Shown: positions 28,778 through 42,419 of the stretch, one piece after another
How positions within the stretch are numbered: position 1 is the first letter of the stretch
Layout: every line of letters begins with the position of its first letter
Origin: Lama glama
Lineage: Eukaryota
Direction of reading: 5' to 3'
DNA length: 64,000 nucleotides
NCBI GenBank assembly: GCA_028534125.1
Contig: CM052816.1
Location: forward strand, 88,104,001-88,168,000
The notes under the pieces: generated by a model
What the model was told of the DNA's origin: nothing
Database searches by the model: none
The model's input: only the letters and a program-made list of their open reading frames with translations
Made by a program: the position numbers and the translations under genes

Positions 28778-29930
28778 ATCAGCTTTATGGAGATATAATT
28801 GGCTTATAGCATTGTGTAAGTAAGGTATGTAACATGTTGATTTGATACTTAAATATTGCAAAGTGGTTATCACCCCAATGTTAGCTAACACCTCCATCAT
28901 GTCACATAATTACCATTTCCTTCCCATAATAAGAACCTTTAAGAGCTACTCTCTTAGCACCTTTCCAGTGTATTATAATACAGTGATATTAACTAAAATC
29001 ACCATGCTATACATTAGATCCCCAGAACTTATCCATCATATTACTGTAAGTTTGTGCCTTTAGAGCAGCATGTCCCCATCTCCCCCACCCCACAGTGCCT
29101 GGTAACTACTATTCTACTCTCTGTTTCTGTAAGTTCAGCTGCTTCAGAATCCACATATGAATGGTATTATACGGTATTTGTCTTTCTCTGTCTGTCTGTC
29201 TTCATTTAGCATAATGTTCATCCATGTTGTTGTAAATAGAAGGAATTTTTTTCATTCTCATGATATTAAATTATATTCCATTATATCACATCTTCTTTAT
29301 TCCAATCATCCATTGGACACTTAGGTTGTTTTCGTATCTTGGCTATTGTGAATAATGCTGCAATGAACATGGAAGTGCAGATATCTCTTCAAGATCTTGT
29401 TTTTACTTCCCCTGGATATGTACTCAGAAGTGAAATTGTTAAATCATATTTTTTTCTATTTTTATTTGCTTAAGGAAACTCCATACTATTTTCCATAGTG
29501 GCTGTATCTGTCAATTTACATCCCTACCGACAGTGCACAAGTGTTCTCTTTTCTCCACATCCTGGCCAATATTTGTCATCTCTCAGTCTCGGCTTTTTGA
29601 TAACAGCCATTCTAACAACCATAAGGTGACAAACTGTGGTTTTGATGTATGTACATTTCCCTGGTAATTATTGATGTCAAGCACCTTTTCATGTAACTGT
29701 TGGACATTTCTATGACTTCTCTGGAAAAATTTCTATTCAGTTTCTCTGCCCATTTTTAAATCAGGTATTTTGTTGTTGAGTTTCATGAGTTCTTTTATGT
29801 TATGGATATGGATTCCTTATCAGATGGAAGATTTGCAGATATTTTATCCCATTCCATAGGTTGCTCTTCATTTTTGTGGATGATTCCTTTTGCTATGCAG
29901 AAGCTTTTCAGTTGGATGTAGTTCTACTTG
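28778..29930 (-). mobile_element. 5'-truncated LINE-1 (L1MA9-like 3' UTR plus ORF2 end)
   Basis: Hallmark antisense L1 text: cctccatcatgtcacataattacc, tacattagatccccagaactt, ggctattgtgaataatgctgcaatgaacat, tgcagaagcttttcagttggatgtag. Confidence 0.88.
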
Positions 29931-30389
29931 TGGAGTTTTCAAGATGCCTTCACAGAGGGTTTGCTTATTTTCGAAAACCACTATCTCACTTCTGTCGCTC
30001 TCTGTGTTCTTATTTGATACCTCCCTCCAGACAGTGGAGTGCTGCAGCCGCATTAGCCTCCGAAGGCTCTTCTCGTATGCTTTGGACAAGCAGTGTCTTC
30101 CTCCTTTCCCTCCCCAGGATTCTCCACCCTGTGTTATTGCCACATTGGCCTCTTCCACTTCTCTGAGGCTGCAGCTCCAAAGTCCTTCCTCAGAGAGGAC
30201 ATTTCTGATACTACCTTCAGAAGCACTTGATTTCATTTTCCTCATAACACTAATCACCACCTGAAATTAGCTTAATTATTTAAGTGCTTCTTTATGGCCT
30301 CCTCGCCACTCCACATGAGCACATACCCGTTAAATGTGCATCCCATGAAAGAACCTTGTACGGAGACTCTTATCAATTATCATCCCATG

Positions 30390-30752
30390 TGGAAACAGAC
30401 GATACCCAGTCGGGCAATTTGAGATTAGTTTAATAAAAGGACTCTATTAAAATGTGTGCAGATTGTAGGGAAGCCAGAAGGGATAGGGCAGACTCTGGAG
30501 AAGAAGTAAGAAATGGCTGCAGTTACCATGCTGGGTTTGGAGGAAGGAGAGGGGATAGAGACACAGGCAGAGAACATGGCAGGAGAGACTGTGGGATGTG
30601 GTGGATCCATGGAAAGAAAAACTCAACCTCATTCTTCTTATACCATCCAATCTCCTGCCCATTGGCATAAGGCAACTGGAAGCCAGAGAGCAGAGAAAAG
30701 TCTAGAAAAGTATAGAAAGTCGAATTGGAGGGGCAGATGAAGTGTTTGCCAT
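30390..30752. mobile_element. Old ERVL-class LTR (LTR16/LTR33-like) interrupting an L2
   Basis: ctcctgcccattggc..aactggaagccagag motif and tttaataaa, with L2 3'-like sequence on both sides. Confidence 0.5.
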
Positions 30753-30876
30753 TATACCCTTAAACCTAAAAATAGTGCCTGAATGAAACATATATTTAGT
30801 ACAAGTGTTGACTGAATCTATCATCCCATGTTTCAACCCTGCAATTCAACACTCAATTCAAGAAATAACCCAAGCA

Positions 30877-31033
30877 GGGGGAGAGTATAGCTGTCTGGTA
30901 GACTGAGTGCTCAGCATGCACCAAATCCTGGGTTCAATCCCCAGTACCTCCAAGTAAATAAATAAATAAACAAACCTAATTACCCCCCTACCATGACAAA
31001 GAAAGAAAGAAAAAAGGAAAAAAAAAAAAAAAA
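30877..31033 (+). mobile_element. tRNA-Ala-derived SINE (vic-1-like)
   Basis: GGGGGAGAGTATAGCT head, GGGTTCAATCCCCAGTACCTCC B box, (AAAT)n, AAACCTAATTACCCCC and an A-rich tail. Confidence 0.88.
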
Positions 31034-33375
31034 CTCAGGTAAAACCAAATCCTTAAGTATCACATGTAATATTTTATGATTTTTTATGTATTACATTATT
31101 TTCATCTCAAAGTTATCCACCTATCTAATCCATTTTTTACAAAATAAACTTAGATCCAACAAAATTGAAGGGCTTACATACAATGGAAACAACACAAGGG
31201 TGATTGCAAAGGGAGAATATATCCCCTGGTACACTAGTATCCTTTGATATATTAATTTAAGGTTATACACCTCTCAATCATATATTTCCATTTATACTGG
31301 CAGAAATAAAATCTATTTTCTCATTCTTGTTTTTACTCAAATTATCTTGATTGTATATGTTGGAAAGTTCATCAGGTCTAGTACAAGACACTCAAATCAT
31401 ACCAGAATTCAACATATACTTGCCTACCTACTCTTTTTCTCCCCAAAAATAGGATTTATTTCAGAATTATTTCAAATTCATTTAAGTTTGTGGTATTACT
31501 ACTGTAGAGAATCTGTGGAGTATTTATACTGTTTCATAAAATGCATTTTTTTCTTTTCAAGTTTAAATTATTATCCTCAAAGCTGTTGCTGTATCTTTAT
31601 ACACAAATACTGAAAAACAGAGATGGCCACTTGAACCTAAGTCTAAGGTCTGCAATAACAGAATGCAGCATTTCCTCTGCTGGTTACGTTCTGCTGCGGA
31701 AGCACTTTCGCCCAGGACTTTGCAAGTTTCTCCTTGCTCAAGACCATGCGATCCATTTTTATTTGTTTGCTTTTAAGTGTTAGGCAGTTAAGAAACAACC
31801 AGTGGCCATAAGAAGAGTAACTTTTTGAAAAGGAGATTTTTCTCCCCAGACTTTTTCAGTGACTGCAGTATTTAAGGATTCACTACTCACAGTGAGCTTT
31901 GTAGTCTGCCTGATTCCCTGGATTCAACTCTAAAAAAATTCCACAAATGCCTATTTTATTTCTCTGGGTTAGTGGTTCTTAATGGAAGTAGTGGAGGGAA
32001 GGGGAAGCACATTATGGTCATTGGAGGAGATTTTCTTCGAAATTATATCTCCCACCCTTTCCTCTCTAAATTCTGACAGCCTCCCAACTGGGCAGCATTA
32101 TACATAAAGGAGGGCTAGAAGCAGCCGGTAGATCACCTATCAGACACAAGACAGAGCAGGAGGGCAGAGTGCTTAGCGGTCTTAATAATTCTAACAAATC
32201 ATCATAAAAAATATAAGTCTAATAATGCCTACTTGCTCTCTTTTTCATAGAATTTTAATGTTTACAGATATAATCAAGTTTATATATATATGAAACTTAA
32301 TAAATTTTCATATTAGAAATAAAGTGAGTAATGTAAAAATTATTCATATATACTTATTGGAAATGAATTGAGTAAAGATAAACCTGGTCAACATCATACA
32401 GCATGAATACAAATTAAACCCAGGCGTTTATCTGGAAAATATAAATATTATAAAGCAGGCTGAAGTCATGTAGCTTGAGGCATGTAGGGCCAGGCCACTG
32501 AGGTGCAGAGATGAAGCATCTTAGTTAGGATACTTAGAAATGAAACATCAGGAATCCAAGCTGAAGAGAGAGCAAACAGATTGAAGTAAAAGGGTGTCAG
32601 CACCAATGCAAGGATGAAACAGCAGTAGCAAAAAATGGAACATGCCTTTATGGCAGCCATTTCCTAGCAAGGGCCAGAAGAAGTCTTAGGCTGTAGTTAA
32701 GTCTGAATTAACAGAACATCATGTGGTAAGTTGATAGCAGAAAGAACAGATAAAATGAGCATGTATATTCAGTTTATGATTTGGATGTTACATTTTGTGT
32801 TGACAGTTGATATTAACTTTGTTACTCATATATGCCACACTATTTAAGAAATAATAATTTCAAAGACACATGGGTTTAAGACGAATGTTCTGCAGTCCCT
32901 CCCTAAAATCGCTGAATATAGATTGGAATTTTTTATAAATTTTATTCATAATTTGCTTGCAATAAATTCAGGAGGTTTTAGCTATTTCACTATAAATAAA
33001 TATAAATATAAATAAATTAGTTTTATGCTTGGACACAAGGGCAGAAAATGAGTAGGGTGCTTCATGATTATAAATTATTCATAGATTCCCTCATTCATTT
33101 AGCCAGTCATTGAACTGGTCAGATGGTCCACACATTCGTACTGAGTTTCTCTAAATGACCAGCTCTCCATTAGAGGCTGGAGTAACATGATGACGAGAGA
33201 GAAAATCTCTGCAATGGCAAAGCAAAATGAGACCTAAGAAAAGAAGAATGTGTGGCTAAAATAAGTAAGATGAATCCTGAAAGTCAAAATAAAATACACA
33301 AAGAAGGTATTTCAAGTGCTTAAAAAAGTGAACTGATATATATGTCCTAAAAAATAGATAAGAATGAAGAAGTAT

Positions 33376-33809
33376 TATTACTGAGTCCAAATATGTTCTA
33401 CTTACCACACGACAGGCCAATAAACTGGGAGATGAGGTGTTGGGGCAAGGAATAGTGACTTTATTCGGAAAGCCGTCAGACCCAGAAGACAGCGGACTGA
33501 TGTCTTGGAGAACTACCCTGCTACAGTCAGAATACAGGCTCCTTTTATACCAAAAAACAAGGGAAGGAGTGTGGTGATTGTTGCGAACTTCTTGGTATAA
33601 GAATTCTTTGTTCCTGCAGCTGTCCACGTGGGCCAGGTCATGGTGCTTCTGCAAAACCTCCAACAAAACAAATGTTATTCTCTATTTTGCAACTTGTTAT
33701 CTTTACGTGAGTGCAGAGCTAGCAAGACTAAGCTTAGAAAACAGGGCACAGTTGTTAAAGCTAAAGGAACAGATCTAATATAGAGTCAGATTTGTTCTTT
33801 TCTATTATA
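33376..33809 (-). mobile_element. Solo ERV1-class LTR (MER41-like), antisense to CDH12, with 4-bp TSD
   Basis: GTAT flanks both ends (33372-33375 and 33810-33813). The minus strand has TATAAAA (33543-33549) followed by AATAAA (33460-33465). Its 5' end TATAATAGAAAAGAACAAATCTGACTC resembles recalled artiodactyl MER41-like LTRs. Confidence 0.8.
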
Positions 33810-34177
33810 GTATATGGCATTTTTTAGAAATATCATGCTCAGCAATAACTACTTAATTTTTTTACTATATATAAAATATATATTGTTTAACAACTTAATT
33901 CTTTTTGAAAGGTAGGATAATTCTGTATAAATGATGTGTAACTTGGTTGACTTAATAAATGATGACCATCTTTTAGCATTTCACTATATGGTTATTAACA
34001 TACTATATTTAATATCCTATCATTTTGGGTGTTTCACTTTTAAAAATACACAGGATTTTTGTTAGCATGTCTTTGCTAATGAATCTAAATAGAATAACTT
34101 CCTTGTTGTGGACTATTTTATTTTGGAAAACACAGCGTTTGTGATATTTGTCTTTTATTTTATTTTTTCCCTTTAAG

Positions 34178-34345
34178 GTGTTATTAGAACAGCTTTGCCA
34201 AACATGGACAGGGAAGTCAAAGAACAATACCAAGTCCTCATCCAAGCCAAGGACATGGGCGGACAACTGGGAGGGCTCGCTGGAACGACAGTAGTCAACA
34301 TCACCCTCACTGATGTCAATGACAATCCACCTCGATTCCCCAAAA
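34178..34345 (+). CDS. CDH12: Cadherin-12 internal coding exon (168 nt, phase 1-1), EC2 C-terminal half and EC2-EC3 linker
   Basis: Long pyrimidine tract ending tttaAG|GT, donor AAAA|GTatgt. Encodes (G)[55 protein letters not shown](S), with the Ca2+-binding DRE and DxNDNxP motifs. Confidence 0.97.
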
Positions 34346-36149
34346 GTATGTTCTTTCCTGTTAAGTCTAAATCAGTGCAGCTTTTTAAAAAATGTCGTTT
34401 TTTCCATTAGAAACATGCATAGAGTCACTTGAATAGAAAATAAGATAAATGAGTCAATAATTGTACGACTCTTTGGTTATCAAGTCATATGAAAGGAAAA
34501 TGCTCACAGTAGGTTGGAATCTCATCTAATTTCTTGTTAATTGAAAAATAATATAAATATGAAAAGTACGATGCAATTTAAGACATATATTTCGGACATA
34601 TATGCCACCATACTATTTGTTATAGCATATATCGCATAAAATTCTCTACCTTCACTCTAACAATTATATATGTTGAATCATTTCCATATGCTTCCCTGGA
34701 AATATTAGATGACATTACAGTGATGCAATTTCATTACTTCAGTTCTATTTTGTTTTAGTCTGCAATAGGTGAAAATTGCTACAGTTTCTATGATAATAGA
34801 ATGATTCACACCTATATTTTCTTTAGGACTCTGTGTTTCTTACTGAAAATGAATACTTCTCACTTGTGTTACATCTAGTTTTCTTTTGCAGTATTACATT
34901 TAACACCAATAAGTACCTGTTCAATTTCTGGTACATTTTCAAGGTTGATAGTTTAGTGTTCTTAGGACTTACAATACAGAAACTGAATATTTCTATCATT
35001 GCTTATATAGGAAACTTGATGAAGTCAATAGATACTCATTTGTATGAATGGTTAAAAAAAAACAAGACAAAATGCTTTTTTTTCTAATTTCAGGAGAATT
35101 TGAGTTTATTCGGTAAAGTATTTAACGCTAAGAATATGTAACTAAATGGGTATTTTATTCGTTTAGCTGTGTGGTTTTCCATAGTTTCCTACTTTGTTTT
35201 TTTGCTTAAAATGATCGAACTATATTTTCTTATAGAAATATCTTTACCGAGTGACCAGAAAGTAAGTTTGCTGGACAAATGTGATAGGAATGGCAGTTAG
35301 AAATTATCATAATTTAAGCAGTGGAATGCATGTGACAAATGGAGAGTAAATAATATATTATGATTAATAACACAGAATCCTAGGGCAACACTTTCCCTTA
35401 CTTTTCCAATCAGGGAAACAGAAAAAAATATAAATAAATATTTAAAAGGAGAAAGAAACAATGCATTTGATTCTCTAGCATATGGCATTAATAAAGAACA
35501 TGTTCCCAACTCAAAAACACTGATTTTTAACATTTTTACTACTTATTTGTGGCAATCTGTAGTAGCTAACTGAGGAGACTAGTTTGAAAGATTGTTCTAC
35601 TTTTATATAAAAAGGTGATATGGGGAACTTAAGTCCTGCTTTGGATCTTGTGCATATAAAATATGTTCGGTCTAGGGTATAGGAAATAGCAGAGATACTC
35701 CCAGGTAGTGACAATATTCTTATTCACAAGGATGATAGTGATGTTTTTCAGATGAGGAGTGTAAAACTCGGCCAGCAGAAAGAAAACAACTTGTGGGTAT
35801 GGATGAAAGGGAGTTTGTAAAGGTCTGATCCAGACAAACAGGCTGGGATGCAACAAGGAAATGAGAATGTCTCAATGGGAGAGAAATAGAGTAAGGTTAG
35901 GGAAACAGGACGGCGTGCTCAGGTCCTGGGGAACAGGAAGATCACTTCCAGATCTTAGCTAGTGAAAAGAGAATCTGGATAAAGCAGCAGGCTTGCTTGG
36001 AATGTATTCAAAATTGAATCTATAGGTCTAAGAGTAACTAGATGATCCCCACTAGGGAAGATTGTGGGGGTGAGGGCATTTGAGCCTTTAGAGCATTTAC
36101 ATGCTGTCAAGAATGTTATTTTCTTTCCTGTTCTCAAAAAAAACTCTAA

Positions 36150-36250
36150 AATCTTTATTTTCCATGTTACTGTTAAGAAAACTGAGGCTCAGAGAGATTA
36201 ACTAACCCAAGGTCAACACAATTGGCAAAGTTTTTTTTTTAATCTAAAAT
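36150..36250 (-). mobile_element. MIR fragment
   Basis: gaaaactgaggctcagagagattaa...cccaaggtca. Confidence 0.65.
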
Positions 36251-37184
36251 TCGAATTTCTTCTAGTTTAACATAATGTAAAAAAAATTATTTTTTGTATC
36301 TGCCACTTCTAAACCATATTTTTTTAGACACATCTGCAAAAAAAATCACAAGACCTATGTTGAATTGTCACCATAAACAGAAATGAGAGGGTAGAAGTTA
36401 TACCAAATAAATTGCTATGATCTAATGATTTTCTTCTTGTGTTCCATGGCATATTTGAACTATACCCTGAAAGTATAATCGCTGAGAGATATTTTTGAAT
36501 CATAAAAAAGAAGATGGTTTTCACATTTTGCATAAATAAAAAATTAATCCCCTTGAAATTTTATATGCCTCTGTGTCAAGCCGTTTTTACTACACTGTCA
36601 TTTTGAATTACACCCTTCAGAGGAAAAGACAATACATTTATAAACAGAAAAGCCATCTCTTTAGAAGCAAATGCTCTTTTTGCAGGAATATTTCTCACAT
36701 GGATCAATTAAATTGAAAATATGACAATTACAAACTGAAATGATAACCTTTTGAATGTAAAAGCCAAGAAAACATATTTCATACATAATATAACTTAAAA
36801 AGAGTATTCTCTACAACTAGCTGCATTCGTTCACTTCTTAAGCAATTATACTGAAAAAAAAACCTTCCTTCAGACTAACTTCATGGAATCACATTTTTTA
36901 TCATGTAAAATGCACAAGATTTCTTAAATTTCTTAAAATTTACTAATTAGAATTTGTTTTGACTCTGTGTGTACATATATGTATATGACATTGTTAAGCA
37001 CATATTTCCACCAATTTCTTTCTATAAATCTATCAGAAATAAAATAAAATTAAATGGCATATCCATTTGTATGATGAAAGTTTAAATAGTTTCCTGTTTT
37101 ATTGTTGCAAAATAGATGGTTCCTAAGGCATCATAATTTCCTGCCAATTCGATTTGATAATGGTGACAGTGATATTGACCAAAT

Positions 37185-37385
37185 TACCAAGTGATGTGTA
37201 TTACGCAGAGTGATTTGCATATATGTTCCCATTTAACTTTACAATGATTGTATAGTATTTTCTCAATTAAGAAATAAAATATCAAGATTATATTATTAAT
37301 AAAGGCTAAGTAACTTGTCAAAGATCACGCAGCCCCTAGGTGGGAGAACCAAGACCTAATCTTACGAAGGGACTTCAACTCTTAA
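37185..37385 (-). mobile_element. MIR
   Basis: ggctaagtaacttgtcaaagatcacgcagc core, with an upstream catttaactttacaa. Confidence 0.55.
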
Positions 37386-38374
37386 CTTTTTATTGCTCTT
37401 TCTCTTAAAAGACAATTTGCCTTTGATGCCTCTGTTTTGTGCAAAAAGTCCTACAAATAATGCAGAGAACTGTCCACAAACAAAAAAAGGAATGCTGTTT
37501 CAGAAATGGCAATAATACTAGGCATGTTAAAAGAGCTCTACCTGCAGTCATATAAAGACAAACTATTTTCTTTATAAAATCCTTTCCATATAGTCATATA
37601 GCAGCCACCTACTATAATCAGGAGCATCTGTAGAGGCTCTCCATCTGTTAAAATAAGCTACAGGAAAATGCTGATGATTTCCATTACTTGAATTTTAAAT
37701 GACAAAACCATCTAACAAGCTGATCTAAATCATACATTATGAGATCAAATCAATTAAGTGATGTGGTTAATTCACATTAGGCAAAATACTTCTCTCAGTT
37801 GCTGTCTTTCTTCTGTAAAATAGTTTTGTAATAAATAAGAAAACAACTTAGGTAAAATAAAGCACTTCATATTTTAGATTAAAAGAGGTAGTTTATAGGA
37901 AACGTAAAGTGCTGGCTTCTTTTTCCTTTCTTTTTCAACATACTAAGAGTGTAACAGAACCGTTTGTATAATAAATGAGTTCAACTGTAGAAAATAGGAC
38001 ATTTATAATTGTTCTAAGATAGTCACTTAGTCATAAATAGAATACTATTTTAAAGTAAGTCTGTTTTAATCAAATACCTACCGAACATGTTTATATTGAC
38101 AGTTTCTAGTTTTAGAATGTTGGTTCAGTTATAAGTCAATAAAATATTACTTGCACAATAAAACATATCATTGTATCCATACTATATAGTTTGTTAATTT
38201 AACAAATAAGACATTTGTAAATATTAGAATTTATTCCAGGGAAAATGTTATTATCTTTAAATTAATATCAAAACAATCTAAATAAAATTAAAAGATGAAA
38301 TGCATCAGTGAAAATGCCTACTGCACAGTGAGCAATATCTGATCTATCAAACTATCAACACTACTTATGTATGC

Positions 38375-38378
<4 letters not shown>

Positions 38379-38416
<38 letters not shown>
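38379..38416. repeat. (AT)19 microsatellite
   Basis: Read directly from the sequence. Confidence 0.95.
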
Positions 38417-38419
<3 letters not shown>

Positions 38420-40252
38420 CAACTATATATTATTTCTTAAATTGTACACTTATGATATAGAAAAATGACAGGATGTCCAGGTCAATGAATTAAGTAACTG
38501 TTGATAACTATATATTTATTTATTGAAAAATATTGATGTATTTACTTTAAATGTCTCCTTATTTCATCCTGTCATTACTTTTTGGCATCAAGGTCAAGAT
38601 TGGGTCTTTTAATATCTTAAAACTTGGAATTTATTCTTATTTATGTTTAAAGAAATATTAATTACAATATGTAATTTGTAAAGATTTTCATTAGAATCAA
38701 CATGAGCCCAGTTATACCCAGATGGGGCCACACATTCTACTTCTCTTTGTTTACCATTTAGCATCTTTATACTTAAAAAATGGTAAGGTTTGACACTGAA
38801 ATCTACTTGTTAAAACCATGTAGTAAGTCATTCTGAATAAAGAACTAGAGATTAATTGAATTTGGACAGTAGCCTTAAAAAATATACCCTCACCTTCTGC
38901 CAGACGCCCAATGTTTGTCGGAGGGACGACTGAGATTGACCACTAAATATACAAGCTCATGATTTAAGTTTATTTTTGTATATAATATTTGTACGTGCTT
39001 GTATATATTTTATATTTATTTTTATATACATATATGCAATCTGAGAGTTTACAACCTTACATAGATTTATATATTTAATTAAATAATGTTATAGGAGAAA
39101 ACTTCCTGGATTTTGAGTCCCCAGGATATGCCTGAATATGTAAATATGTGTAGTTATGCTGAGAGTCACTTCAGTCCCTTTCACAATCTCCTTCTGTTAC
39201 TGTAGGGAGTGAAAAACCTACAAATCTCACCTTCAAACTTACCTGGAAGCTCTGGCCAAGGGCCTGCTTCCGACCTGCAGATCAAGTGCAAATCACTGTT
39301 AACACCCTCAGCATGTGCGTAAAGGGTGCCTCTGAGTGTAAGGCAAAAGCTGAATTTCTGTTCTTAGCACTGTCTCCAACATGTTATCTTAGGTAGAAGA
39401 ATGCGAGAGAGAAGATGATGGCAGTTACTCTGAAAGAAATACCAGAAGAAGCGTGACTAAAATAATAGCTCTTACGTGAAATCCACTTTTGTGTTTAAAT
39501 GAGAATGACTACTTCAGCTTCATTCAAATATTTGAGGTTGGAAGGGTGGTGTAACCAGTAAGTCTGCAAAGCTAACAGTGTAGATCAAATGCAAGTTAAG
39601 GCTCTCCTTAATTGGAAGCAGGTGGTAGTTTTAAATTGTAATAAAAAATTAATATAGTGAGGGTTTAATGACATAAATTCATATTTATTTATGTTTCTCA
39701 AATTTAGTACTGATGCCAATTTAGCATCAACATTAGTACACAGTTTAATTCCAACAATTAAAATTTAATTAATATTTAAGTAATTTCAAATATAGTACAC
39801 ATTTCTAGTATTCTCTGACAATTTTTCCTAGTGCACGGCTTTTAGATCATTATCTCTGAAAGACAGAAATAAGGCAAAATTTAGATAAGCTGACCTTTGA
39901 TATTATATGTATGCATGATTCATGGCAATTAGATATCCTCCTCATTTGGGAGGAAATGTTTAAAAACCATTAAAAATTATAAACCTTAGGTCTTAAAAAA
40001 TTATACAAATTTATCTTTGGGTATCTTCTGGTTTTCATGTAAAATGTAGGCATGAGTCATTATATTTGATGACTCTATTTCTAGTCTTGAAAAATAAGCC
40101 AAGACACATTATAAAACTAGGTTTTTACTCAGTAGAATAAACACTTCTAGTTTAATTCCCAAATGAGTCTTTGTCTACTTCAATAAAAGTAAATAAGAAA
40201 TAACTACTTCCTGAAGTTAAGGCATGCAAATAATAACTTGGGTCTTATTCAC

Positions 40253-40434
40253 CAGTGGTTCTCCCAGTGGTTCTCAAACTGTGTTTGCCTTAGGACTCCT
40301 TTGGGACCCTATGCCTCAGTAATGAAAGTTCTGTTTCAATTGACATAACTTAGAACCGGAAATTTGAATTTTAAATAAGTGTTCCAGTTTATTTTAATAT
40401 AAGTAATCTGCAGGGCACAATCTGAAAAACAGTG
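40253..40434. mobile_element. hAT-Charlie MITE (MER5-like)
   Basis: cagtggttctcaaact start, ttttaaataagtgttccag internal motif and tgaaaaacagtg end. Confidence 0.7.
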
Positions 40435-42199
40435 GTTTATTGTGGTGAAGCAGAACGTGTTGATTCTCTGAGAAGGCTCTTTTCATTATTCATTAACTAG
40501 AAGTAATGAGTTAATTATTTTGTATCTCATGAGAATTTTTTTTTATTCATGCAAAATTCTATTCCTACAAAATTCCACCTATCTAGGTGGAGACTGAATA
40601 TTAAAATGAATTCATTTTAAACCAAGTGTTTTGAAAGTTTTGTGTTTTTTTACCAACGAAGTACTTATAGACAGCTCTATATCTTGCTTAGAAGCCTTCC
40701 AAAGAGTTAGGGATATCAGCTACTGACACTTTAAGGCTGAATTCAAACTAGATCAAACTGAATACAATTTGAAGACAAGATCAGTGAAAGACTCTGCTCT
40801 CCCAATTCTCCAATGAGAAAGGAACAGTGAGTTTCACTAGACTCTATGTAGGCAGATATAAGCAAATGAAAAATAACTGTTTTAGAATCATTTCTCATTG
40901 TTAGTATTGTCACTATTAATATCATACTGTGTTTTTCTAATAGAAAGCGTAAGTCTGTTTAAAATGGTGCTGACACTTTTTGATGCTGTACTTAGTCCTG
41001 TTGCCCATGTAACAAAGTACGAAAGATCGTAACCTGGTTGCTCTATTGCCCCATCAGCAGACTCTCAGAACTGACTCAAGATCAAAGGATCTAGAGGTCT
41101 TTAAGATATCTCTTATTTTTCCGAACCATATTAAATAAAGTTTAAAACAGAACTGATAGTAAAGATTTTGCCCCTAATCTTACCTATGTTATCAACAATA
41201 ATAACAAAGTCTAAAGACCATGGGTCCAATAATATTTAATATATTTGGTTATGTGTATACTTTCTGGCTCACATTAAGTGTCATTAAAAAAATTAATATC
41301 TTGGAGAGGTGGCTTGAATATTTTGGCGTTGTATAATCCACAGTTCAAATGTGAAACTTTACCTATGATCTAATAAAACCCATAGGTTCTTAAACAGACA
41401 AACTAGTTAACACATAAGGAAATCTGTTTAGGGTGGGTTGAAGTTCAGCACCAGAGGCTGATGATGGCTCAATCCTTATGGAGCTGGATGGCTAGTGACA
41501 TTCTTTAGCTGGAAATTTTAATGAGAATACCATTTTAAACAATTTTACCCAGAGTAAAGAATATATGCTCTGGTTGTTAACATCATTTTCTCAGTTTCCT
41601 TAAAATGCTTAAGTTTATGTTATTATCACTGCAGTCTATGAAAATCACTTTAATAGTCAGTTAAAATTTTCTGTGACTTGTATGTAATCAAATATATGTA
41701 TTTATTGATACTTGTTCTTGATTCTTAGCCAACTGTGCACTCTGTAAGACAAATATCTATATGTATTAATATATTACAGCCAAAATAAACTTCCAAAATT
41801 TTGATCAGAATAATTATTGGCAGAAATAGGAGATGGCTATTAGACCTGAGATTATTAGGAAATATTTATGAAAGGTATAGCATTTGAGAAGAAATATATA
41901 ATGAGAATTTAACAGAGAGGATGTTAGTTGCAGAGTGCCACAATCCTGAAATGTACACATATATTTATGCATGTATATGTGAGCTTTTGAGTGGAGGGGC
42001 AATACCATAAATCAATATGTTAGAAAATTAACTTCGTTAACTTGGTAAACACTGAAGTAGAGAGTAAATGTGGCACAAAGCCAGGGCAGGTATTTGGAAT
42101 AGGTAAGCAGAGGCAGAGCTGAGAGATACTCACCAGCAGAACGGAAAGGACTTTGTGATCTATTGGATTCAGAAACAAGTAAGAGAAAGAGCATGCAGA

Positions 42200-42339
42200 G
42201 GAGGAGGGTGTAGCTCAGTGGTAGAGTGCATGCTTAGCATGCATGAGGCCCTGGGTTCAATCCCCAGTAGCTCCATTAAAACTAACTAAATACATAAACC
42301 TAATTACCTCCCCTTCCAAAAAGAAAAGCATCAAAAAAA
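42200..42339 (+). mobile_element. tRNA-Ala(AGC)-derived SINE (vic-1-like), best-preserved copy
   Basis: TAGCTCAGTGGTAGAG A box, CATGC-TTAGCAT-GCATG anticodon arm, GGTTCAATCC B box, AAACCTAATTACC tail. Degenerate TSD aaagagcatg/aaagaacatg. Confidence 0.9.
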
Positions 42340-42419
42340 GAACATGTGAAGAAATTGTTTAAGTAAGAGATTTTTTTTCTGTCAATATGTGGACATTAGA
42401 TTGGAGATTAGCAAAAGAC

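Larger units (their letters stand above)
22966..34177 (+). other. CDH12: CDH12 intron (GT-AG, 11,212 nt, phase 1)
   Basis: Bounded by the 120-nt exon donor and the 168-nt exon acceptor; the join ACA G|GT GTT is in frame. Confidence 0.93.

Noticed and set aside
29861..30264. Cluster of three overlapping ORFs of 101-130 aa
   Set aside because: They span an L1/L2 junction and show no domain-like sequence.
33256..33666. 136-aa ORF, the longest in the window
   Set aside because: It lies mostly within the solo LTR and resembles no protein I recognise.
42204..42275. Functional tRNA-Ala(AGC) gene
   Set aside because: The acceptor stem is mismatched. It is followed by the SINE tail and A-rich end shared with the other copies, and has no T-run terminator.
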